DNA of 64,000 nucleotides from Syntrophorhabdaceae bacterium (lineage in GTDB: Bacteria > Desulfobacterota > Syntrophorhabdia > Syntrophorhabdales > Syntrophorhabdaceae). The stretch covers positions 192,001-256,000 of the forward strand of contig CAXXUO010000002.1 of assembly GCA_963666485.2 (NCBI GenBank). Direction: 5' to 3'. The notes beneath the pieces are model-generated. The model searched no databases and was not told the origin of the DNA. It was given only the letters and a program-made list of their open reading frames with translations. Made by a program: the position numbers and the translations under genes. Shown piece by piece: positions 10,430 through 18,032 of the stretch. The first letter of the stretch is position 1. Each line of letters begins with the position of its first letter.

Positions 10430-11053
10430 CTCAATCAACTTATGCTGCATCGCATACCGCATGATCTCCGCGTTGTTCGCGACACTGAGCTTTTCGAGTA
10501 TCCTCGTCCTGTACGTGCCGACCGTCTTGACGCTCAAGGACATCTCTTCTGCAATACGGGATATGTTTTTGCCGGACGCTATCATCAGCATGACCTGGAA
10601 CTCACGGTTTGACAGGTTCTCATGGAGGGGCTTTTCCGTGTCGATGATAAAAAGGAGCTTTTCGGAAAGGGCCGGGCTGATGTATTTCCCGCCCCGTGTT
10701 ATCTTTTTTATGGCGGTCAGGAGGTCGTACGGAGCGCTCTCCTTGTTCATGTATCCGGCGGCGCCTTCCTTCAGGGCGCGCATCGCATATTGCTCTTCGG
10801 GATGCATGCTGAGTATGAGGACGGGCAATTTCGGGTAATCGCGCTTCAATTCCTTGAGGATGTCGAGGCCGCCGCGCCCGGGCATGGCTATGTCCAGGAT
10901 GACCGCGTCCCAGGGAGATGTTCGGATCAGGTTCAATGCCTCCTGGGAATTCGACGCCTCCCCGACCATTGTGATCTGCGGCTCCCCTGACAAGATATAC
11001 TTCAATCCCTGCCGTACGACCGGGTGGTCGTCAACGACCAGTATCCTGAGCAT
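10427..11053 (-). CDS. NarL/LuxR-family response regulator
   Basis: MLRILVVDDH...LDIAMP receiver; LSNREFQV...SVKTVGTYR LuxR HTH; GGAGGAG RBS before the ATG at 11053. Confidence 0.95.
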   Translation of the reverse strand: MLRILVVDDHPVVRQGLKYILSGEPQITMVGEASNSQEALNLIRTSPWDAVILDIAMPGRGGLDILKELKRDYPKLPVLILSMHPEEQYAMRALKEGAAGYMNKESAPYDLLTAIKKITRGGKYISPALSEKLLFIIDTEKPLHENLSNREFQVMLMIASGKNISRIAEEMSLSVKTVGTYRTRILEKLSVANNAEIMRYAMQHKLIE

Positions 11054-12950
11054 GATATACGATCTCCTCCCTGTGCGGAATCCTGACCACGACCTGCGTG
11101 CCCTTGTTCTCGGCGCCCGAAATATGCACATCCCCTCCGAAGATACCGACGCGTTCGCGCATCCCGAGAAGGCCAAGTGAACGGGAATCGACGATCTCGG
11201 CCGGGGATATTCCCTTTCCGTTATCTTCGATGGTAAGCGTGATAGTGCCGTCCTGATCGTTTATTTCGATCCGGACGCGGGTTGCACCGGCATGACGGAT
11301 GATATTGGTCAGGGTCTCCTGGAACACCCGGAACACCGCGGTGATAATATCGTGGTCGAGACAGCTGTCATCGATCTCCGATAAGAACTCGCATTCTATT
11401 CCCGTCCTTTTCCTGAAATCGTTCAACTGCCATTCCATGGCTGCAACGAGGCCGAGATCATCAAGTATCCCGGGTCTTAAGTCACTCGATATCCGTCTGA
11501 CCAGTTTTATCGTGTCGTCGATAATGCCCTCCATGGATCTCAACCTCTGGCCCAGGAGCTCCTTATTTTTCGGGGGTCTTTGCGAAAGAGAGACGAGGTC
11601 CATCATGAGCCCCGTCAGCCTCTGTCCGAGTTCATCATGAATGTCCCGGGCAAGCTTGGTCCTCTCCTCCTCCCGTATCGACTGCAAACGGGTCGACAAC
11701 GCGCGCAGCCTTTCGCTCGACTGCCTCAGCTGATCTTCCCTGATCTTGCTTTCTGTTATATCGCGCGCGATCGCCGACATACCGACGATCTCCCCTGACG
11801 CATCCCTTATGGGCGATATATTGAGGGAGACATTCACGATCTCACCGTCTTTTCGCACATGCGCCGTCTCATAGAGGTCCACCCGCCTGCCGTTCTTGAT
11901 CTTGCCCAGGATGACCGGGACCCTGTTTTTGTTCTGTGGCAGGACAAGCTGGGATATGGACCGGCCGAGCAATTCCTCCGCCGGATACCCGTAGATAGCC
12001 TCGGCGCCCTGGTTCCAGCTTACGATCCTGCCGTCGAGGTCGACACTCATGATGGCATCCGCTGAAGATTCGACAATAGCCGCCAGGCGCTGTTTTTTTG
12101 ACTCGGCCTGCCGCTGGGCACTGTACGCTTCCTCCGCCAGGTTGATCCGTGTGATCGCCTCTGCTGCGAGGTTCGCAAACGTTTCTACGAACTGGACCTG
12201 CCCCCGGGAAAGTGCGGCGTCGCCTTTCTTCATACGCACGGCGAGAGATGCCATCGTTCTTTCTTCCTTCCTGACGGGGAAGAAGATCATCTGCCCGTCG
12301 TCTGCACTGCCCGGCCTGGCCTTCGTGTCGCCGTGCTCGAATACGGACCTGACATAAGGCCAATCGCTGTATTTAAGTCGGCTGCCCGGCGGCCAGGATG
12401 CTTCAATGCCTATATTTGCACCGTCAGGGTCCGGCATGAGAATGATGATCTCTCCCTGTATCGCCTCGCCTACCTTCTCGGCCGAAAATGCAAGGATCTC
12501 CCTCAGGTCGTTTTCCGCGGCCATTTTTTCGCTTGCCGCATAGAGGGCCAGCGTCCTCTTCTCGCGTGAACGGGTGCGCTCGAGTTCATTCCTCAGTTTC
12601 GTTCCCACGATCCCTGTGATGACGGCGACAACGAGGAAAATGAAAAGGTTGAAATACTCTCGCGGATTGTCCGGTTTGAAGGCAAAAGCAGGCGGGATAA
12701 AAAAATAGTCGAACATGAGGACCCCGAGGCCTGCGGCAAAGAACGACGGTCCCCTGCCCCACCGCGCAGCGGTAATGAAGACCGGCAGCAGGTAAAGGAT
12801 GGCTATATTGACGAGGTCGAAGATGGGTACGAGGATCGCGCCGATAAGGGAAATTGTCAGCATCGCCGCGAAGGTCACGAGATATTCGACGACGAGCGTG
12901 GCGAAACGCGGTAAGACCCGCCCTTTTATTTTTTCCGAGACTTCGTTCAT
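11031..12950 (-). CDS. Sensor histidine kinase: KdpD-like 4-TM (DUF4118), GAF-like, PAS, HisKA_3, HATPase
   Basis: YLLPV...FDYFFIPP TM signature of KdpD; EEERTKLARDIHDELGQ and QETLTNIIRHA are HisKA_3/NarX-type. Confidence 0.9.
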   Translation of the reverse strand: MNEVSEKIKGRVLPRFATLVVEYLVTFAAMLTISLIGAILVPIFDLVNIAILYLLPVFITAARWGRGPSFFAAGLGVLMFDYFFIPPAFAFKPDNPREYFNLFIFLVVAVITGIVGTKLRNELERTRSREKRTLALYAASEKMAAENDLREILAFSAEKVGEAIQGEIIILMPDPDGANIGIEASWPPGSRLKYSDWPYVRSVFEHGDTKARPGSADDGQMIFFPVRKEERTMASLAVRMKKGDAALSRGQVQFVETFANLAAEAITRINLAEEAYSAQRQAESKKQRLAAIVESSADAIMSVDLDGRIVSWNQGAEAIYGYPAEELLGRSISQLVLPQNKNRVPVILGKIKNGRRVDLYETAHVRKDGEIVNVSLNISPIRDASGEIVGMSAIARDITESKIREDQLRQSSERLRALSTRLQSIREEERTKLARDIHDELGQRLTGLMMDLVSLSQRPPKNKELLGQRLRSMEGIIDDTIKLVRRISSDLRPGILDDLGLVAAMEWQLNDFRKRTGIECEFLSEIDDSCLDHDIITAVFRVFQETLTNIIRHAGATRVRIEINDQDGTITLTIEDNGKGISPAEIVDSRSLGLLGMRERVGIFGGDVHISGAENKGTQVVVRIPHREEIVYHAQDTGR

Positions 12951-13122
12951 GAAAAAGGTTCTACGTTCCAGGTTCTACGTTCTACGTTCCAGCGCTCCTG
13001 GTATCAACCGGGCGCAAAGTCCACTATCTATCAATTTTTCCGATGATGGCTTTTCCCTTTGTTTATTTATGACGGATGGATACGGCAGGTCAAGCAATTA
13101 ATAGCGGCGGACGTGACGCCAT

Positions 13123-13155
13123 AAAAAAATGAGGCCCCCTTTTCGGAGGCCTCAT
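13123..13155 (-). terminator. Intrinsic terminator after the cytochrome gene
   Basis: ATGAGGCC...GGCCTCAT stem with an A7 tract on + (U tract on -), about 25 nt downstream of the cytochrome stop. Confidence 0.7.
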
Positions 13156-13179
13156 CGATGTTTCACATTTCAACAGTTT

Positions 13180-13686
13180 TCAAGGGGTCTTGAAATCGAA
13201 TTTATGGCACTGGGCGCAAAAATTCTCCGACTTCTGGTGCTGGTGGTGGCATGCGTTGCAGTCAAGCGTGTTCCCGTAATGCGGTGACGTGTGGGGGTTC
13301 TCCGGTTTGACCTTTGCGGTCTTCTCGACGAGCTTGCCCGGATTGTGGCATTTCACGCACGTATCCATGGGCACGGCCTGCATCTTCCCTTTTCCATGGC
13401 ACTTCTCGCAGGTCACCCCTGACAGCTGGTGGACGTGACTGCCCGGCAGCTTACCGGAAAGCCTCTGAGGCCCCGCCTTGTCATGGCACCCCAGGCAATC
13501 CTTATACGTCATGGCCTTCGTGTCGATGTGCGAGGGCTCGAAGACCTTTTCCTGTCCATGGCACGCCGTGCAATCACCGCCCTTTGCCGTCGGCAGCCTT
13601 TTCGGCGCGGCGATAACGACCGTGATGCACATCAGAAGCACCGCAAGGATGAGTACTAATGCCAGGAGTTTCTTCCGCGGTATCAT
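13180..13686 (-). CDS. Periplasmic hexaheme cytochrome c (c3-like)
   Basis: Signal peptide; six CxxCH motifs (CTACH, CLGCH, CEKCH, CVKCH, CNACH, CAQCH); GGAGG RBS before the ATG at 13686. Confidence 0.92.
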   Translation of the reverse strand: MIPRKKLLALVLILAVLLMCITVVIAAPKRLPTAKGGDCTACHGQEKVFEPSHIDTKAMTYKDCLGCHDKAGPQRLSGKLPGSHVHQLSGVTCEKCHGKGKMQAVPMDTCVKCHNPGKLVEKTAKVKPENPHTSPHYGNTLDCNACHHQHQKSENFCAQCHKFDFKTP

Positions 13687-13708
13687 TCTTGCCTCCCGGC
13701 GGGGACCT

Positions 13709-15265
13709 TTAGCCCCACGCTGTTTCTTTCGCGGCATTCTTGCCCGCTATGCGGCCGAACACGATACAGTCAGCCATCGCAACGCCTCCCAAGCGCACGG
13801 CGCCATGCACTCCGCCCGTCACCTCGCCGGCGGCATACAGGCCTTTCACGGGCTTTAAGTCAAAGCCAAAGACCTGCGCGGTCTTGTCGATGACGAGCCC
13901 GCCCATGGTGTGGTGGACCTTCGGCCAGAGCCGGGCGACGTAAAATGGCGGCGCCACGGTGGGTTTTGCGTCGGGGAAGATCATGCATTCGAAGTCGTCG
14001 TCCTTTTTCTTTTCGACAAACCCGTTCCATCTTTTTATCTGATCGAGAAATTCAGCCACGGGCATCTTGTATGCCTTTGCGACATCCTCGAGCGTATCGA
14101 ACTTTTTGACGGCCCCTGATTCCGTCGCCTTTTCGAGGGCCTTGGGAAATACCTGTTTGTTGACCGCATAGGAGTCGCCCATGATGACGACCGGGTGGCC
14201 GATAAGGATTATCGCATCGGCCCTTTCCTTGCGGTTGCCCGTTTCCTTGAAGAACCGTTTCCCTTTGGCAGGGTCTATCATGGGCCCGTAACCGACGAGC
14301 CTTTCACAGAACAGCGGGACATAACCGAAACCCTTTTCGTCAGGGCTTGTCCAGGGCCCGAGCTGTATCCAATCCATCTGCAGGTCCATTGCGCCGGCTA
14401 TGCAGGCGGCGAGCAGTGCCTCACCCGTCGCGCCGGGCTGGTTTGTCGACTGGAACTTGTCCGTGAGGCGGGGGTCTTCTATCTGGCGCAAGGCGATGTC
14501 ATTGGAGAAACCTCCCGATGTCAGGACAACCGCTTTTTTCGCTTTTATGAAAGCCCTGTTCCCGGACTTTTCGTCGGGGAATTTGTAGCCCTTTTTGACC
14601 TCGACCCCGACGACGCGCCCGTTCTTGTCGAGAACGAGCCGCTCCATCTTTGTTCTCAGCTGAACGGCCACGCCAATCGATTTCGCCTTGGCAAGCTCTT
14701 TGTTGACAACTTCGGAGCCCGACGCGGAAACCGTCTGGTTGGCCCTTTTTACCGAATGGCCGCCGTGGAAATTGAGCCGCGTAAATTTGGCACCGAGATA
14801 ACTTTCGCACCATTCGAGCGCATCCTTCGCCCCGTATGCCACGGTCTTTGCAAGGTCGGGGTGGTTGAGGTACAACCCCGCCTTCATCATGTCGTTGTAC
14901 ATCAGCTCCGGGGAATCTTTCACACCGGCTTCCTTCTGCAATTTCGTATCGGGAGCGCAGAAATCGCCGCCGTTGATGATCGAATTGCCCCCATGGACCA
15001 TCATCTTCTCGATCACCGCCACGCTGGCGCCCGCGTTCTTTGCCTCGATCGCCGCCGCAAGGCCGGCAAAACCGCTGCCGATCACAACGACATCGAACGT
15101 TTCGTCCCACTTCTTCGGCATGACACCGGCGGCAGCTTTAAGTTCCGACGCCCCGAGTGTGACGCCGCCCGCAGCCAATCCCGCAACGGCCGCGGCACCG
15201 CTTGCCGACTTCAGGAAACCGCGACGTGTGAAACCTTTTTTTACTTTTGCGTCATCGTCTTTCAT
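13709..15265 (-). CDS. Tat-exported flavocytochrome c flavin subunit (fumarate-reductase superfamily; substrate uncertain)
   Basis: Tat motif TRRGFLK; GSGFAG FAD-binding motif; VHHTMGG; GLYAAGEVTGGVHGAVRLGG. Confidence 0.92.
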   Translation of the reverse strand: MKDDDAKVKKGFTRRGFLKSASGAAAVAGLAAGGVTLGASELKAAAGVMPKKWDETFDVVVIGSGFAGLAAAIEAKNAGASVAVIEKMMVHGGNSIINGGDFCAPDTKLQKEAGVKDSPELMYNDMMKAGLYLNHPDLAKTVAYGAKDALEWCESYLGAKFTRLNFHGGHSVKRANQTVSASGSEVVNKELAKAKSIGVAVQLRTKMERLVLDKNGRVVGVEVKKGYKFPDEKSGNRAFIKAKKAVVLTSGGFSNDIALRQIEDPRLTDKFQSTNQPGATGEALLAACIAGAMDLQMDWIQLGPWTSPDEKGFGYVPLFCERLVGYGPMIDPAKGKRFFKETGNRKERADAIILIGHPVVIMGDSYAVNKQVFPKALEKATESGAVKKFDTLEDVAKAYKMPVAEFLDQIKRWNGFVEKKKDDDFECMIFPDAKPTVAPPFYVARLWPKVHHTMGGLVIDKTAQVFGFDLKPVKGLYAAGEVTGGVHGAVRLGGVAMADCIVFGRIAGKNAAKETAWG

Positions 15266-15403
15266 AGAGAACCTCCAGGATTCTGGTTATGATTATGTCC
15301 GGAATTAATGATAAGAGTTTACGCCATCTCCGAAGATTTTTACATTTTATTTTTAAATTACGATCAACTTTTTGTTACAATGCTTTACGGAAATTAAACT
15401 ACC

Positions 15404-16585
15404 ATGCCGGATACCGCGAAACGTGAGTACTATGTCGACAATCTCAGGACAATGGTCATCATGCTCGTGGTCATGCTTCACCTTGCGGTGACCTACAGCA
15501 GCCTTGGCAGATGGTATTATAACGAGCAAATATACCGGGGATTCTCAAGCCAGGTCTTCTTCGCCACTTTCCAGATGTTCACCCAGTCTTTTTCCATGGG
15601 CCTCATGTTCCTCCTCGCGGGATACTTCACACCGGCATCATATGACAGGAAGGGTTTCGGCAGGTTTGTCACCGACCGCTTCAAACGGCTCGGGCTGCCT
15701 TCCCTTTTGTACCTCCTTGTCATCACACCTTTTATATGCTGGATAATGGTGCCCACCCCGGAATTTACACGGGGCGCAGCAACATTCGGTGAGTTTTACA
15801 GGAACTACATTTTTTCCGGCGGGTATGAATTTCTCGGTGTCGGCCCGATGTGGTTTGCGGTCGCGCTTCTCGGCTTTTCAATAATATACGCGCTGGTCCG
15901 TGCGGTCGTGCCGGGCACCGGCAAAAATGAACGCGGGGATAAAAGGACAAGCTGGGCCATGCTTGCCGGGCTGGTCATTGTTGTCGCCGCGGGCGCGTTC
16001 CTGTTGCGCCTCGTATTCCCCATAGGGTCAATCTCCTACGGAATGCAGCTCTGTTATTTCTCCCAGTACCTGATCCTCTTCACGGCAGGGATCTTTGCAT
16101 ACCGCGGCAATTACCTGGCCAGCATAAGCCCGGCCATGGGCAAAGGGTGCCTCGTTGCAGGCCTCACCGCCGGCACGCTCGGCCTGTTTACGCTGAAAAT
16201 AGCGGCGGGGATGTATGACCTTTCCTCATTCAGGATCGTCCTCAACCCGCCCCGGGGGACATTCGCAGGCGGCATCACGTGGCCAAGCATTTCGTTCGCC
16301 GTCCTGGAATCATTTATCGCCGTGACCATGTCTGCCGGGCTCATCGCCCAGTTCCGCGAAAAAATGAATTTCTCGAACCCGTTGACCAAAAAACTTTCGG
16401 ACAGCTCGTTTGCCGTCTACATGTTCCACCCGCCGATCATTATCGCCATCACCCTCGCGATACAGGCCCTCGTATTCGCTCCCGTGCCAAAGTGGGCCGT
16501 AGCAAGCATCATCTCAGTCCCGGTCTGCTTTTTTCTCGGGTACCGGGTGCTGCTCAAAGTGCCCGTTCTCAAGAAGATCCTTTAA
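15404..16585 (+). CDS. Acyltransferase family 3 (OpgC/MdoC-like) membrane protein
   Basis: REYYVDNLR, FSMGLMFLLAGYF, DRFKRLGLP, GPMWF and SFAVYMFH motifs; about 10 TM segments. Confidence 0.88.
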   Translation: MPDTAKREYYVDNLRTMVIMLVVMLHLAVTYSSLGRWYYNEQIYRGFSSQVFFATFQMFTQSFSMGLMFLLAGYFTPASYDRKGFGRFVTDRFKRLGLPSLLYLLVITPFICWIMVPTPEFTRGAATFGEFYRNYIFSGGYEFLGVGPMWFAVALLGFSIIYALVRAVVPGTGKNERGDKRTSWAMLAGLVIVVAAGAFLLRLVFPIGSISYGMQLCYFSQYLILFTAGIFAYRGNYLASISPAMGKGCLVAGLTAGTLGLFTLKIAAGMYDLSSFRIVLNPPRGTFAGGITWPSISFAVLESFIAVTMSAGLIAQFREKMNFSNPLTKKLSDSSFAVYMFHPPIIIAITLAIQALVFAPVPKWAVASIISVPVCFFLGYRVLLKVPVLKKIL

Positions 16586-16735
16586 AAGAAGGTTCAAAGT
16601 TCAAGGTTCAACAAAAACCGAATCGATCCTTTTTGATCATGATCCCGGGCTTAACCCGGGACCCGAGGTTTTTTTCTTGCATTGAACCTTGAACCTTGAA
16701 CCATTTTTTATACGTCATCCCGGTGCTTGACACCG
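16581..16735 (+). repeat. Copy A of a ~155-176 bp direct duplication (heptamer arms enclosing a REP)
   Basis: Near-identical to 17174-17349, differing mainly in heptamer copy number. Confidence 0.85.
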
Positions 16736-16920
16736 GGATCCAAGGTTTGGTTTTTATTTGTTTTTCTCCATTTCTTTCTTGCGATAAAAGCCTAAAAAAA
16801 GAAAAACCTTGGATTCCGGTGTCAAGCACCGGAATGACGGCGGGTTGTGGATTCCGGCGTCAAGCGTGGAATAACGACCTTAATTAGAGTGGCAACACGG
16901 TCTCGAAGGCGGGAATGACG
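16713..16920. repeat. CGTC-type REP doublet plus degenerate copies
   Basis: CGTCATCCCGGTGCTTGACACCGGGATCCAAGG (16713) with inverted partner CCTTGGATTCCGGTGTCAAGCACCGGAATGACG (to 16839); partial copies near 16848 and 16909. Confidence 0.8.
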
Positions 16921-17018
16921 GGCGAGAGGGACGGGGATGTCGTGCGCTGTGTCGAGCGGGGACGTCCTTAAGAAAGTCGAGCGGGGACGTCCTTAAGAAA
17001 GTAAGAAAAGTGTCGAGC

Positions 17019-17163
17019 GGGGACGTCCTTAAGAAAGTAAGAAAAGTCAAAATATTTAGAGTCGGTCGTAGGGTAATTATCACAGAATTGATCATCCGGC
17101 AGCAGGGCAAGAAGCTTAGATTGATCGAGGGATAAGGTTACTTACTTTCTTAAGGACGTCCCC
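17019..17163. mobile_element. 145-bp MITE-like element with perfect 23-bp terminal inverted repeats
   Basis: GGGGACGTCCTTAAGAAAGTAAG (17019-17041) and its exact reverse complement (17141-17163); same TIRs at 56954-57066; extra left-end copies at 16958 and 16983. Confidence 0.65.
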
Positions 17164-17173
17164 TTACTCCTCA

Positions 17174-17349
17174 TTTAAAAGAAGGTTCAAAGTTCAAGGT
17201 TCAAGGTTCAAGGTTCAACAAAAAACCGAATCGATCCTTCTTGATCATGATCCCGAACTTAACCCGGGACCCGAGGTTTTTTTCTTGCATTGAACCTTGA
17301 ACCTTGAACTTTGAACATTTTCTATACGTCATCCCGGTGCTTGACACCG
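17174..17349 (+). repeat. Copy B of the direct duplication
   Basis: Matches 16581-16735, with 5 vs 3 (G/A)GTTCAA units and 4 vs 3 TTGAAC units. Confidence 0.85.
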
Positions 17350-17506
17350 TAGTCGAGCGGGGACGTCCCCTTACTCCTCATTGAACCTTGAACTTTGAAC
17401 CTTGAACCATTTTCTACTTGAATCCAATGACTTTGTCTTTTTAGGGGAAAATGTCTTTGCGTGGAACGTGGAACGTGGAACCTGGAACCCCTTTTTTAGG
17501 GGGGGG

Positions 17507-17980
17507 TTACGGTGTTACGGTCACTGTGATGTGGTCGCTGTATGAACCTGTGGAGACATTCTGGCCTGCAGGTATCCGGCCGTAAAAGATCTCCGAGGCA
17601 GCCCAGGGCTCAGGCCTTCCCCCGGGACGTCTGAACTGGACGATGCTCGTGCCGCTTGTTCCGTCGCCCCAGATCGCGGCGCGGGCCGATGATGTGTAAA
17701 TGTTATAGTTGAGCACGTCCGACCCCGTCGCAAGCTTCATGCCGCGCGGGTTGAAGCGGCCCGTTGTTGCGCTGGCGCTTATCGTGACATTAGCCGTGCC
17801 CACATCCCGTGTGCAGTTCACATACACCCGGCCCGAATCGCTGTCAACCGGCGTCGATACAAACACGTCGTAGGACATGAACGCCACGTTTGTCACCGAC
17901 ATTGAGCAGGCGGCATCAGCAGATACGGTTACCAGCAGAAAAAAGAAACAGAGAAAATATGCCCTGACTAAAATATTCAT
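17507..17980 (-). CDS. Csu-type (spore coat U domain) fimbrial subunit
   Basis: Signal peptide (ADA); Cys pair; LNYNIY...WGDG and YGRIPAGQNVSTGSYSDHITVTV SCPU signature. Confidence 0.88.
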   Translation of the reverse strand: MNILVRAYFLCFFFLLVTVSADAACSMSVTNVAFMSYDVFVSTPVDSDSGRVYVNCTRDVGTANVTISASATTGRFNPRGMKLATGSDVLNYNIYTSSARAAIWGDGTSGTSIVQFRRPGGRPEPWAASEIFYGRIPAGQNVSTGSYSDHITVTVTP

Positions 17981-18032
17981 GTGCTCCGTATTATACCAGA
18001 ATTGACGGGCCTGTTCCTAACAGAAAATGATC

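Noticed and set aside
16951..17047. Three copies of GTCGAGCGGGGACGTCCTTAAGAAA resembling a CRISPR array
   Set aside because: Copies are adjacent or 11 nt apart with no unique spacers, there are no cas genes, and the sequence is one end of an inverted-repeat element.
16608..17110. Short ORFs across the repeat region
   Set aside because: Translations of REP, heptamer and TIR repeats, with no coding signals.
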